64,000 nt of DNA from an uncultured Candidatus Poseidoniales archaeon (GTDB taxonomy: Archaea > Thermoplasmatota > Poseidoniia > Poseidoniales > Poseidoniaceae). Positions 57,457 to 64,000 of this stretch are shown here, in pieces (positions within the stretch are counted from its first letter, which is position 1; each line of letters begins with the position of its first letter). Location: assembly GCA_902520595.1 (NCBI GenBank), contig CABYOM010000002.1:434-64433 (forward strand). The letters are read 5' to 3'. A program made the translations under genes and the position numbers. The notes below the pieces were generated by a model. That model saw nothing but the letters and a program-made list of their open reading frames with translations, did no database searches and was not told where the DNA came from.

Positions 57457-57744
57457 ATGGAGCACGTCACCCGTGAAAGGGTTGAGAAATACTTGGACAT
57501 TACTCGCCGGGCTCGTAAAAAGGCCACTCCATTAACTCAAGAGGGATCTGAACAAGCACAACACTTGGCGACCATGATGCGAATGGCAGATGATTACGCT
57601 TCTGACGCTGCCCATTTTCTCTCAATAGGTGACCATGTTCGAGCTTTTGGCGCCATCAACTATGCACATGCATGGATTGATGCTGGCGTAAAAATAGGTC
57701 TTTTAGACGGTCACGGGGATGATGTTCTTTTTACTCTGCCGTAA
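57457..57744 (+). CDS. small conserved archaeal protein, DUF357-like
   Basis: About 95 aa with ...DDYASDAAHFLSIGDHVRAFGAINYAHAWIDAG... (the GD...A...YAH.W.DAG pattern). Its start overlaps the previous stop. Confidence 0.4.
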   Translation: MEHVTRERVEKYLDITRRARKKATPLTQEGSEQAQHLATMMRMADDYASDAAHFLSIGDHVRAFGAINYAHAWIDAGVKIGLLDGHGDDVLFTLP

Positions 57745-57767
57745 TTCTAGACCCGCTAGTATCTTTT

Positions 57768-58151
57768 CTATAGAGGTTCAACCAGTTCAAGACGCTGATT
57801 TTTACTGACTTCAAGTATTGGCAGACCCTGCTGGTAAAATCGGCGTTTCAGTTCAACATCCACAGTAAGCACAGGCAGTGATTGCTCGACTGCTAACTCA
57901 AATATTTGATCATCTGGATGATCTGAATTATCTGTGAGAGGTCGAACAGGTTGTGATTTTTGCTCCAGAAGCGACAGCAAGAGATTCTTGCTTCTCGGTC
58001 GTTGTTGATTGAGACTTTCTAATTCATCCCGAACACTGTCAAGCAAGAGCATTTGAGCAGGTCCATACACTCGTGAAAGTTCAGTATCGATATTCATGCC
58101 TGAATCAATGATTGCAACCCATCCACAGGCGTCAATCAGTATTTGTTGCAC
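57768..58151 (-). CDS. PIN-domain protein (putative ribonuclease) adjacent to aIF2-gamma
   Basis: N-terminal ILIDACGWVAI with an acidic residue in the canonical PIN position, and further conserved acidic residues (DSVRDE, DD). About 127 aa, typical PIN size. Confidence 0.4.
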   Translation of the reverse strand: MQQILIDACGWVAIIDSGMNIDTELSRVYGPAQMLLLDSVRDELESLNQQRPRSKNLLLSLLEQKSQPVRPLTDNSDHPDDQIFELAVEQSLPVLTVDVELKRRFYQQGLPILEVSKNQRLELVEPL

Positions 58152-58178
58152 TCCACATCACCTTGAATGGCTCGATGT

Positions 58179-59417
58179 TCACTGAATTGTTCCGTAGCCA
58201 ATGAGTCGCCATCGTGAGCCAACTCGTCGAGAAAGAGAGACCCGCTGGCCAGTGTCTGCACAGATAGGGAGTCGCAAATCGAGTGTAGCTCTGCCTTTCT
58301 CTGAGTTCTTTGTAACGCCAACAGAGGTTGCAGTAGCCACGTTAATCATCAACATCTCATTGTTTCGCAAAGGATAGATTTTCTCAGGTTCTTCACCTTC
58401 TCCGGCAACCATGTTCTCCATCAGTTTGACTTCAACAGAAACAGAATGTCTGACTTCTGGCAAATCGCCTTTTCGAGCGACGACTTGACCTGAGAGATTG
58501 TCTGCAGTCGTGATTGATGGGTCCAGCATTGTAGCCATTCCACACAATCCGCCTGAATGCATTGATTCAAGATCGAGGCCACCACCTTTCATGCTGCTAA
58601 CTGTTGCTTCAATCGGCTCCCATATTGCCTTTGAGCCCTTTTCGATTTTTCTTCCAGGGCCAATAATGATTTCATCACCAACATCGAAGTTCCCTTCAAT
58701 GATGCTTCCACCGATAACGCCTCCACGTAATTTTGCTGGGCGTGTCCCTGGACGATTGATGTCGAACGAACGAGCAACGTGCATAATTGAACGCTTATCC
58801 TTTGAGCGGTCAGGTGTTGGAATTGTTTTCTCAATAGCATCGATGAGGATGTCCAAATTAACATCGTGATGTGCTGAGACTGGAATAATCGGCGCTTTGT
58901 CTGCAATTGTTCCTTCGAGGAATGTCTTGATTTCAGCATGAGATTCAAGCGCACGTTCTTTCGTGACCAGATCTATTTTGTTCTGAACGATAACGATGTT
59001 TTCGATACCAGCAATTTCCAGTGCCATAAGGTGTTCACGAGTTTGGGGTTGCGGGCAAGTTTCGTTCGCTGCTACCATGAGCATAGCGCCGTCCATAATC
59101 GAAGCACCCGTGATCATAATTGCCATCAGTGTTTCGTGACCGGGAGCATCAACAAATGAAATGACTCTTTCCAGTTCCTTTGGTTCGTCGTCTTTGCCGT
59201 CAGGATGACGTCCAGTGGCGTAGTATTGACCTTTTTTTGTCTTGTAGAAAGCGGTGTCGGCGTATCCAAGTTTGATAGAAATACCACGCTTTCTTTCTTC
59301 AGAGTGTGTGTCGGTCCAAACTCCAGAAAGAGCCTGAGTGAGTGTTGTTTTACCGTGGTCGACGTGACCAACTAAACCGATGTTGATTTCAGGTTGTGCC
59401 GGAAGCTTTCGTGCCAT
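58179..59417 (-). CDS. eif2g: translation initiation factor 2 subunit gamma (aIF2-gamma)
   Basis: GTPase motifs GHVDHGKTTL, DAPGH and NKID, a zinc-knuckle Cys pair, and EF-Tu-like domains II and III. 412 aa. Confidence 0.9.
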   Translation of the reverse strand: MARKLPAQPEINIGLVGHVDHGKTTLTQALSGVWTDTHSEERKRGISIKLGYADTAFYKTKKGQYYATGRHPDGKDDEPKELERVISFVDAPGHETLMAIMITGASIMDGAMLMVAANETCPQPQTREHLMALEIAGIENIVIVQNKIDLVTKERALESHAEIKTFLEGTIADKAPIIPVSAHHDVNLDILIDAIEKTIPTPDRSKDKRSIMHVARSFDINRPGTRPAKLRGGVIGGSIIEGNFDVGDEIIIGPGRKIEKGSKAIWEPIEATVSSMKGGGLDLESMHSGGLCGMATMLDPSITTADNLSGQVVARKGDLPEVRHSVSVEVKLMENMVAGEGEEPEKIYPLRNNEMLMINVATATSVGVTKNSEKGRATLDLRLPICADTGQRVSLSRRVGSRWRLIGYGTIQ

Positions 59418-59455
59418 GCTTCCTCACTCCTTTACTACGAAAACCCTCTCGGGAT

Positions 59456-59947
59456 TCACTCCGACGATTCCTCGCTTCCTGATGCAAGGAGGTCACCGAG
59501 AGACTTTTTGCCAGCCTCGATAACCTTGAGATTGATTTGCCGTGTGTCTTGACTGATGGTGTTTCCACGGAAGTAACGTCGCTTTCGTAGGCCATCAGGC
59601 TTGTAACGGAAGCGCTTCTTTTCTCCACCCTTGTTCTTGAACACGAGACTGTGTCCTTTGAATCCAGTTGAACGAGTGACCAAAATGGCTTGTCGGCGGC
59701 CACCTTCAAGGTCTCGGCGAAGAGGTGTTCCTGTTTTGTCGGAGCCACCGGTGATTTCGAGTTTGAAACCAGAGAGTGTTTGTTCACCCTCACCAACAAA
59801 GATTCCATCGACGGTATCGCCGATTTTCTTACCCAATAATTGAGCGTGATTGTTTCCACTAATTTTGAGTGAATATGACTTACCGCCGTTTTTCGGGTCG
59901 GTATCATTCACTACAGCGACGAATTCTCCTTGTTGTCCAACAGCCAT
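59456..59947 (-). CDS. rps6e: 30S ribosomal protein S6e
   Basis: The blocks SGGNDKQGFPMKQGVLT-like region (GEGEQTLSGFKLEITGGSDKTGTPLRRDLEGGRRQAIL) and KKRFRYKPDGLRKRR match S6e. The start is the internal Met MAVGQQGEF, and the longer ORF-track frame is probably an over-extension. Confidence 0.8.
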   Translation of the reverse strand: MAVGQQGEFVAVVNDTDPKNGGKSYSLKISGNNHAQLLGKKIGDTVDGIFVGEGEQTLSGFKLEITGGSDKTGTPLRRDLEGGRRQAILVTRSTGFKGHSLVFKNKGGEKKRFRYKPDGLRKRRYFRGNTISQDTRQINLKVIEAGKKSLGDLLASGSEESSE

Positions 59948-60023
59948 GATATCACTTCTAGAACGACCTTCCGACCATCGTCGTCTATTTAGCCCCACCG
60001 TTTGTTCCGAAACGAGAAATCAG

Positions 60024-61259
60024 TCAGTGAAACTTCTTTTTCAGCAACATTTCAAGCCGACTTGCGAGGTCTTTTGGAAGATAATGTGGCATACTCAGGT
60101 GTGTTGTCCTTCCTCTTCCGCCGGTAATTGTAGCGACTCTTGAGGCGATAATTTGGCGTTCTTCAAATTCTTTTAGATATTTCCAAACCGTTGTATGGCT
60201 CTTCATTTTCTGCTCATATTCTTCACAGACAACGGCATAAAGTTGCTCGACATCTCCGGTGGTCATCGATTCCTGCTTTGACAATCTCCGGCATAAGCAG
60301 AGCAACACCAACATCGCGTTTGGGTTGAGGTCATCAATGTGTTCAAGGTTGCTTCCTGCTGTTGTTGGGGAGTTTTCCAGCGGGACATGAATATCTTCAA
60401 CGGTGAGCCTGCGTTCACTGTGGTCATCTTGCCGAAATTCACAACGTTCAACAGCGGCGTTCAGCAATTCAATCACTCTTCGTGCATCGCCTGTTGGGGC
60501 GGCTTTTTCTGAGAGTAGACGGATGATTTCTGGCGTCCACGTTCCTGGGACCAAACCATCGATTGCTCGTTGCGTAGCAATGGCCTCAAGTCCTTCGGTT
60601 GTGTATGGTGGTATGCGAAGGTGATTTGTACTTCCCATTCGAGATATAACGGCTGTTTCAAGAACATCCAGAACTTGTTCTTGGCTGATGAGAATAAGCG
60701 ACAGCGTTCCTTTACCGCTTTGGTCTTCATCAATACGAAGCAATTGGTAAAGCAAGTCATCACCCGAACGACGGAGCATGTGATCAACCTCGTCAAGAAC
60801 GACAATCAGGTGAGATGTTTCCTTTCGTAGGATCCGCCTCAGGCTCATCAATAATTCACCCATCGACAGTCCCCGGTCTGGATGTCCCGGTGCTAATTCA
60901 TGCAAAATACGCTGAACAACTCGCATACTTGTTGAAGCATTACGGCAGTTGACGTGGACTGAACGAATGTTACGCTTCTTTGCCAAGTGGCGTTCAATGT
61001 CACGGCAGAAGGTTCGTGCAAGCACCGTTTTACCAGAACCAACGGGCCCAGTAATGACGACTCTTCCAGCTCCTTCAGGCAAGTGTAAGGTCGTGAATTT
61101 AGCCGCTAATTCGTTTTGTACCTCTTCACGTCCAACAATTTCTTTTGGGATGTAATCAAAATTGAACACATCTGGATTTGCAAGAACCCATCCAGCGCCA
61201 ATTCGGTCGAGGTAGTTACTCATAACATCGGAAGGCTTACGCCAACCGTTATTGAACAT
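60024..61259 (-). CDS. cdc6: Orc1/Cdc6 replication initiator (canonical)
   Basis: Walker A ITGPVGSGKT, Walker B LIVVLDEVDHM, sensor regions, and a C-terminal winged helix. The start may be an internal Met (MSNYLDRI). Confidence 0.85.
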   Translation of the reverse strand: MFNNGWRKPSDVMSNYLDRIGAGWVLANPDVFNFDYIPKEIVGREEVQNELAAKFTTLHLPEGAGRVVITGPVGSGKTVLARTFCRDIERHLAKKRNIRSVHVNCRNASTSMRVVQRILHELAPGHPDRGLSMGELLMSLRRILRKETSHLIVVLDEVDHMLRRSGDDLLYQLLRIDEDQSGKGTLSLILISQEQVLDVLETAVISRMGSTNHLRIPPYTTEGLEAIATQRAIDGLVPGTWTPEIIRLLSEKAAPTGDARRVIELLNAAVERCEFRQDDHSERRLTVEDIHVPLENSPTTAGSNLEHIDDLNPNAMLVLLCLCRRLSKQESMTTGDVEQLYAVVCEEYEQKMKSHTTVWKYLKEFEERQIIASRVATITGGRGRTTHLSMPHYLPKDLASRLEMLLKKKFH

Positions 61260-61311
61260 ACGGTTTCATCAAGGTCAAAATAACGCAAATTTTGAGGGAA
61301 CGAAAGTCATC

Positions 61312-62421
61312 TCAAGGGATTTCATCAAATTGATATCCTGTTTCCCATTTCTTTTCACCAAGAGCGACTTCAAGCTCGAACGGCGTGATGAGAGGTTTTT
61401 GATAGCGAACCGCATCGTCAATCGCAATACGAGGACACGCCGTATTGACAAACGCATCAACGGGGTAGAAGTCAATCAATTCAGGACCGACGTGTTCCAA
61501 TGCGAGCAAGTAGCCTTTTTTGCCATGCTTTTCGAGAATCCTCTTCATTCGTAGTGCGAGGCTGCGTCGCATTTGTCCTGGCTTTTCTCCAATCAGTATG
61601 CCAAAGCGTTCTGCTTCCCCGCATGCCATGATCAAGCCAAATCGCTGTCGTAGAATGCGCTCAATACGTTCAAGTGACATCTCTTCAGCATCTCCTGTAT
61701 AAGGGTCAAGCATGGCCAGTGGCTTCCCAGTATGAAGTACTAAGCCAATCGGATGGAAATCACCAGAACCGAGGAATAAGTAGTGGCCAATAGAGTCATC
61801 ATCACCAGAATAATTGCAACCGAGCACTTGTCCTGGGAACGATAGTCGAGCGCCGCCAATCGGGATTTCGACTTCATATCCAGCCGCTTCTAAGCGGTCA
61901 TGGAATTCAGGGAGGAGGTGCAGGTGCTGAATTGAACCAACTAACCCGAGTTTTGTGCCTGTCAAAGGTGCAAGACGGCCAACTGCATCCATAAATCGGT
62001 CTTGTGCTTCTTCTTCTGAAAGTTCTTCAGCCGCCGGTTGATTTTCCATTCTTTGTCGAGCCATGGCTCTGTGTTTTTGTAAAAAGGGAAGAATCGGTTT
62101 TAATTGAGGGTCCCCATCATAAGTCACGTCAATGAATTGTGTCGGCATACCGGAATCGATGTTCATCTGTGAGTGACCCATGTGAGCGACCAATTCGACA
62201 CCCATCATTCCCATTTTGTCATGAACCAAATCACATGCCCCATAACACGGGTCTGCAGCTAAGATGACTTTCGCACTTGTCTCAGTTTCAATAACATCCA
62301 TCATTTCAAGGGCTTGCATCTTCAAACCTTCAGGGACTTGAAGGGCAACTAAGCGGTTATCATTGGCTTGAATCCGCTCCATTAACTCCGCGAGTTGGAA
62401 GTCGTGACGGGTTAAGTCCAT
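61312..62421 (-). CDS. dph2: 2-(3-amino-3-carboxypropyl)histidine synthase Dph2 (diphthamide biosynthesis, radical SAM-like 4Fe-4S)
   Basis: VALQVPEGLK ... ILAADPCYGACD and later conserved Cys-containing blocks, as in archaeal Dph2. About 370 aa. Confidence 0.75.
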   Translation of the reverse strand: MDLTRHDFQLAELMERIQANDNRLVALQVPEGLKMQALEMMDVIETETSAKVILAADPCYGACDLVHDKMGMMGVELVAHMGHSQMNIDSGMPTQFIDVTYDGDPQLKPILPFLQKHRAMARQRMENQPAAEELSEEEAQDRFMDAVGRLAPLTGTKLGLVGSIQHLHLLPEFHDRLEAAGYEVEIPIGGARLSFPGQVLGCNYSGDDDSIGHYLFLGSGDFHPIGLVLHTGKPLAMLDPYTGDAEEMSLERIERILRQRFGLIMACGEAERFGILIGEKPGQMRRSLALRMKRILEKHGKKGYLLALEHVGPELIDFYPVDAFVNTACPRIAIDDAVRYQKPLITPFELEVALGEKKWETGYQFDEIP

Positions 62422-62480
62422 GGTAGTCCCCGAGTAGAGGGGGTACGCCCCCCCCTCATCAATCCACCCTTTCGAGAAAT

Positions 62481-63059
62481 CTATTCTTTATCGAGTAAAA
62501 TGATGCGGTCGCCATCCATTTCCAAGCGAACAAGTGATTCAATAATCACGTCAGGATATTCAGTTTGTAATTTTGCTAATCCTGGTCCTTTTTCGACCAC
62601 TGCGATGATGTGGGTGACTTCAGCATCGGTCCTGCGGACGCCTTCAATCACGGCTTTGAGCGTCCCTCCAGTCGAGAGGACATCATCGACAATCACGACT
62701 TTTTCACCGGGTTTGATGTCATTGAGATACATTTCTCCTTTAGAGTATCCAGTTTCCTGCCCAATGATAACTTCCCCTTCAAGGCCATAGGATCGCTTTC
62801 GGGCGATGATCAATGGAATTCCTACTCGAACACTCAAGGGTGCGGTGAGTGGCAACCCCATCGCTTCTATTCCGAGTATGAGGTCAACATTTTCCCAGTC
62901 AATTGCCGTTTGGCACAAATCGGTTACGGATTTGAGCACCAGGGGGTCAAGACGAGGGACGCCATCGGTGATTGGGTGGATGAAATAGGGATAATCACCC
63001 TTCCAAATCACAGGAGCATTACGCAGGCTCTCTCGAAGTCGATGCATGGCATCCGTCAT
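62481..63059 (-). CDS. type I phosphoribosyltransferase (archaeal purine/orotate PRTase-like)
   Basis: PRPP-binding motif VVIVDDVLSTGGTL. 192 aa, single domain. Confidence 0.55.
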   Translation of the reverse strand: MTDAMHRLRESLRNAPVIWKGDYPYFIHPITDGVPRLDPLVLKSVTDLCQTAIDWENVDLILGIEAMGLPLTAPLSVRVGIPLIIARKRSYGLEGEVIIGQETGYSKGEMYLNDIKPGEKVVIVDDVLSTGGTLKAVIEGVRRTDAEVTHIIAVVEKGPGLAKLQTEYPDVIIESLVRLEMDGDRIILLDKE

Positions 63060-63095
63060 AGCAAAGCGTCGAGGGTGACGGAGTATGACCTTTGC

Positions 63096-63497
63096 TCAAA
63101 GTTCAGCAAGGAATTCGACATACTCATCAGGGTCCAGGAGGTTCTCAAGGTCCATTTCATGAGGTTCGATAATGATAATCCATCCATGGTCATAGGCGGA
63201 ATCGTTGACCAAATCAGGGTTGATTTCAACTTCACCGTTGACTTCGGCGATGATACCTGAGTATTGTGAAGGGAAAGCAACTTTTTCTTGTGCAGTCCAG
63301 ATCGAGAACATGTCTCGTCCTTCATCGATTTCATATTCTGCTTGAGGTAGGATGACTCGTAATACTTCGCCAATTTCAACAGCAAGATATTCACTCACTC
63401 CAATCATCAATCGTTCATCTTTCTCTTGATACCACAGGTGGTCACGAGAATATTTCCTGTTATGGGCTATGCTGAATTCTACCACTTCTTCGTCCAT
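63096..63497 (-). CDS. gcvH: glycine cleavage system H-like lipoyl-carrier family protein
   Basis: YSRDHLWY...IGVSEYLAVEIGEVLRVILPQ...SIWTAQEKVAFPSQYSGIIAEVN...DHGWIIII matches GcvH block order, with a candidate lipoyl-Lys in EKVA. Confidence 0.55.
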   Translation of the reverse strand: MDEEVVEFSIAHNRKYSRDHLWYQEKDERLMIGVSEYLAVEIGEVLRVILPQAEYEIDEGRDMFSIWTAQEKVAFPSQYSGIIAEVNGEVEINPDLVNDSAYDHGWIIIIEPHEMDLENLLDPDEYVEFLAEL

Positions 63498-63619
63498 GGT
63501 TTGACTCCCTTAAACCGCCCCAAACACCATTGTATATCAAATTGAGGCAGAATCAACCTCCAATTAAAAACGACAAACGGGTTAAGTGAGTCGGCGTTTT
63601 AGCACCCTTTGGTCGCCTA

Positions 63620-64000
63620 TGGATTATGCCGAAACCGATGAACAGCAAATGATTCGAGAACTCGTCCGCGATTTTGCTGAAAGTGTCTTGGCACCGACCG
63701 TTGAGCATCGTGACGAAAACCAAATCGCCCCTTCCGCTGAATGGGAACAATTCCTCGAATACGGGCTTCAAGGAGTCACGATTCCTGAACAATATGGAGG
63801 TTCTCCAATCGATGATGTTTCTGAATCGATTATCGTGGAAGAATTAGCACGAGTTGACCCATCGTTTGCCGTTATGTATTGCGTTCATGTAGGACTGTGT
63901 GCTAAAACGATTGCACTGCACGGAAATGACTCACAAAAAGAACAGTATTTGACGCGTCTTGCAGCTGGCGAAGTTGGCGCTTATTCACTTTCAGAAGCCG
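63620..64000 (+). CDS. acyl-CoA dehydrogenase (N-terminal part; gene continues beyond window end)
   Basis: MDYAETDEQQMIRELVRDFAESVLAPTVEHRDENQ...IPEQYGGSPID...YSLSEA is the typical ACAD N-terminal alpha-domain. Not in the ORF track because it runs off the window. Confidence 0.7.

Noticed and set aside
59389-59907. 172-aa minus-strand ORF overlapping rps6e in another frame
   Set aside because: The S6e frame carries the conserved ribosomal-protein blocks, and the alternative frame has none.
63553-63792. 79-aa minus-strand ORF overlapping the start of the acyl-CoA dehydrogenase gene
   Set aside because: It overlaps a gene with clear family similarity and a proper start context. No motif of its own.
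1-64000. CRISPR arrays, rRNA genes, transposases/IS elements
   Set aside because: I looked for regularly spaced direct repeats and for transposase-like ORFs in all frames and found none. The only strongly repetitive DNA is the in-gene Pro/Ala repeat at 7760-7960.

Overview
This 64 kb window is a gene-dense chromosomal segment of an archaeon, about 90% coding. The archaeal assignment rests on several gene sets read directly from the sequence: a complete A-type ATP synthase operon in the order atpH-I-K-E-C-F-A-B-D; aIF2-gamma, S6e and RNA polymerase subunit K; Orc1/Cdc6, Dph2 and PurP; the archaeal aroA'/aroB' shikimate route; and an smc-scpA-scpB operon. Heme A and heme O synthases are present, which implies an aerobic organism. 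Three large N-glycosylation-sequon-rich envelope proteins and moderate GC are reminiscent of marine planktonic Euryarchaeota such as the Marine Group II / Thermoplasmatota type, but that placement is inference only. I found no transposase, integrase, CRISPR array or rRNA. One tRNA-Ser(GCU) is present. Beyond housekeeping genes, the following are worth a second look. (1) The ATP synthase subunit I carries a roughly 130-residue insertion with a His-rich tract and two canonical EF-hand loops, and an unrelated membrane protein in the window also has EF-hands. (2) A second, highly divergent Orc1/Cdc6-like protein has Walker A Lys replaced by Arg, a long acidic insert and a wHTH. It heads a translationally coupled three-gene operon and sits next to an intergenic region full of TTAACGCGTTAA-type palindromes. 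(3) A three-gene cluster encodes single-domain KaiC-like proteins, one with an intact P-loop and two degenerate. (4) A DUF4350-like / MoxR / DUF58 / membrane-protein module, in which MoxR has a Pro/Ala-repeat N-terminus and an unusual P-loop. (5) A site-2-protease-like (M50) membrane domain that has lost its HExxH and LDG motifs and is fused to a large ectodomain. (6) A xanthine-dehydrogenase-family S-L-M enzyme whose FAD subunit has a Cys-rich insert. (7) A tryptophan 2,3-dioxygenase gene in an archaeon. (8) An aro operon that includes aspartokinase, consistent with the aspartate-semialdehyde-dependent archaeal shikimate route. All functional calls rest on motif-level recognition of the supplied translations, since no searches could be run.
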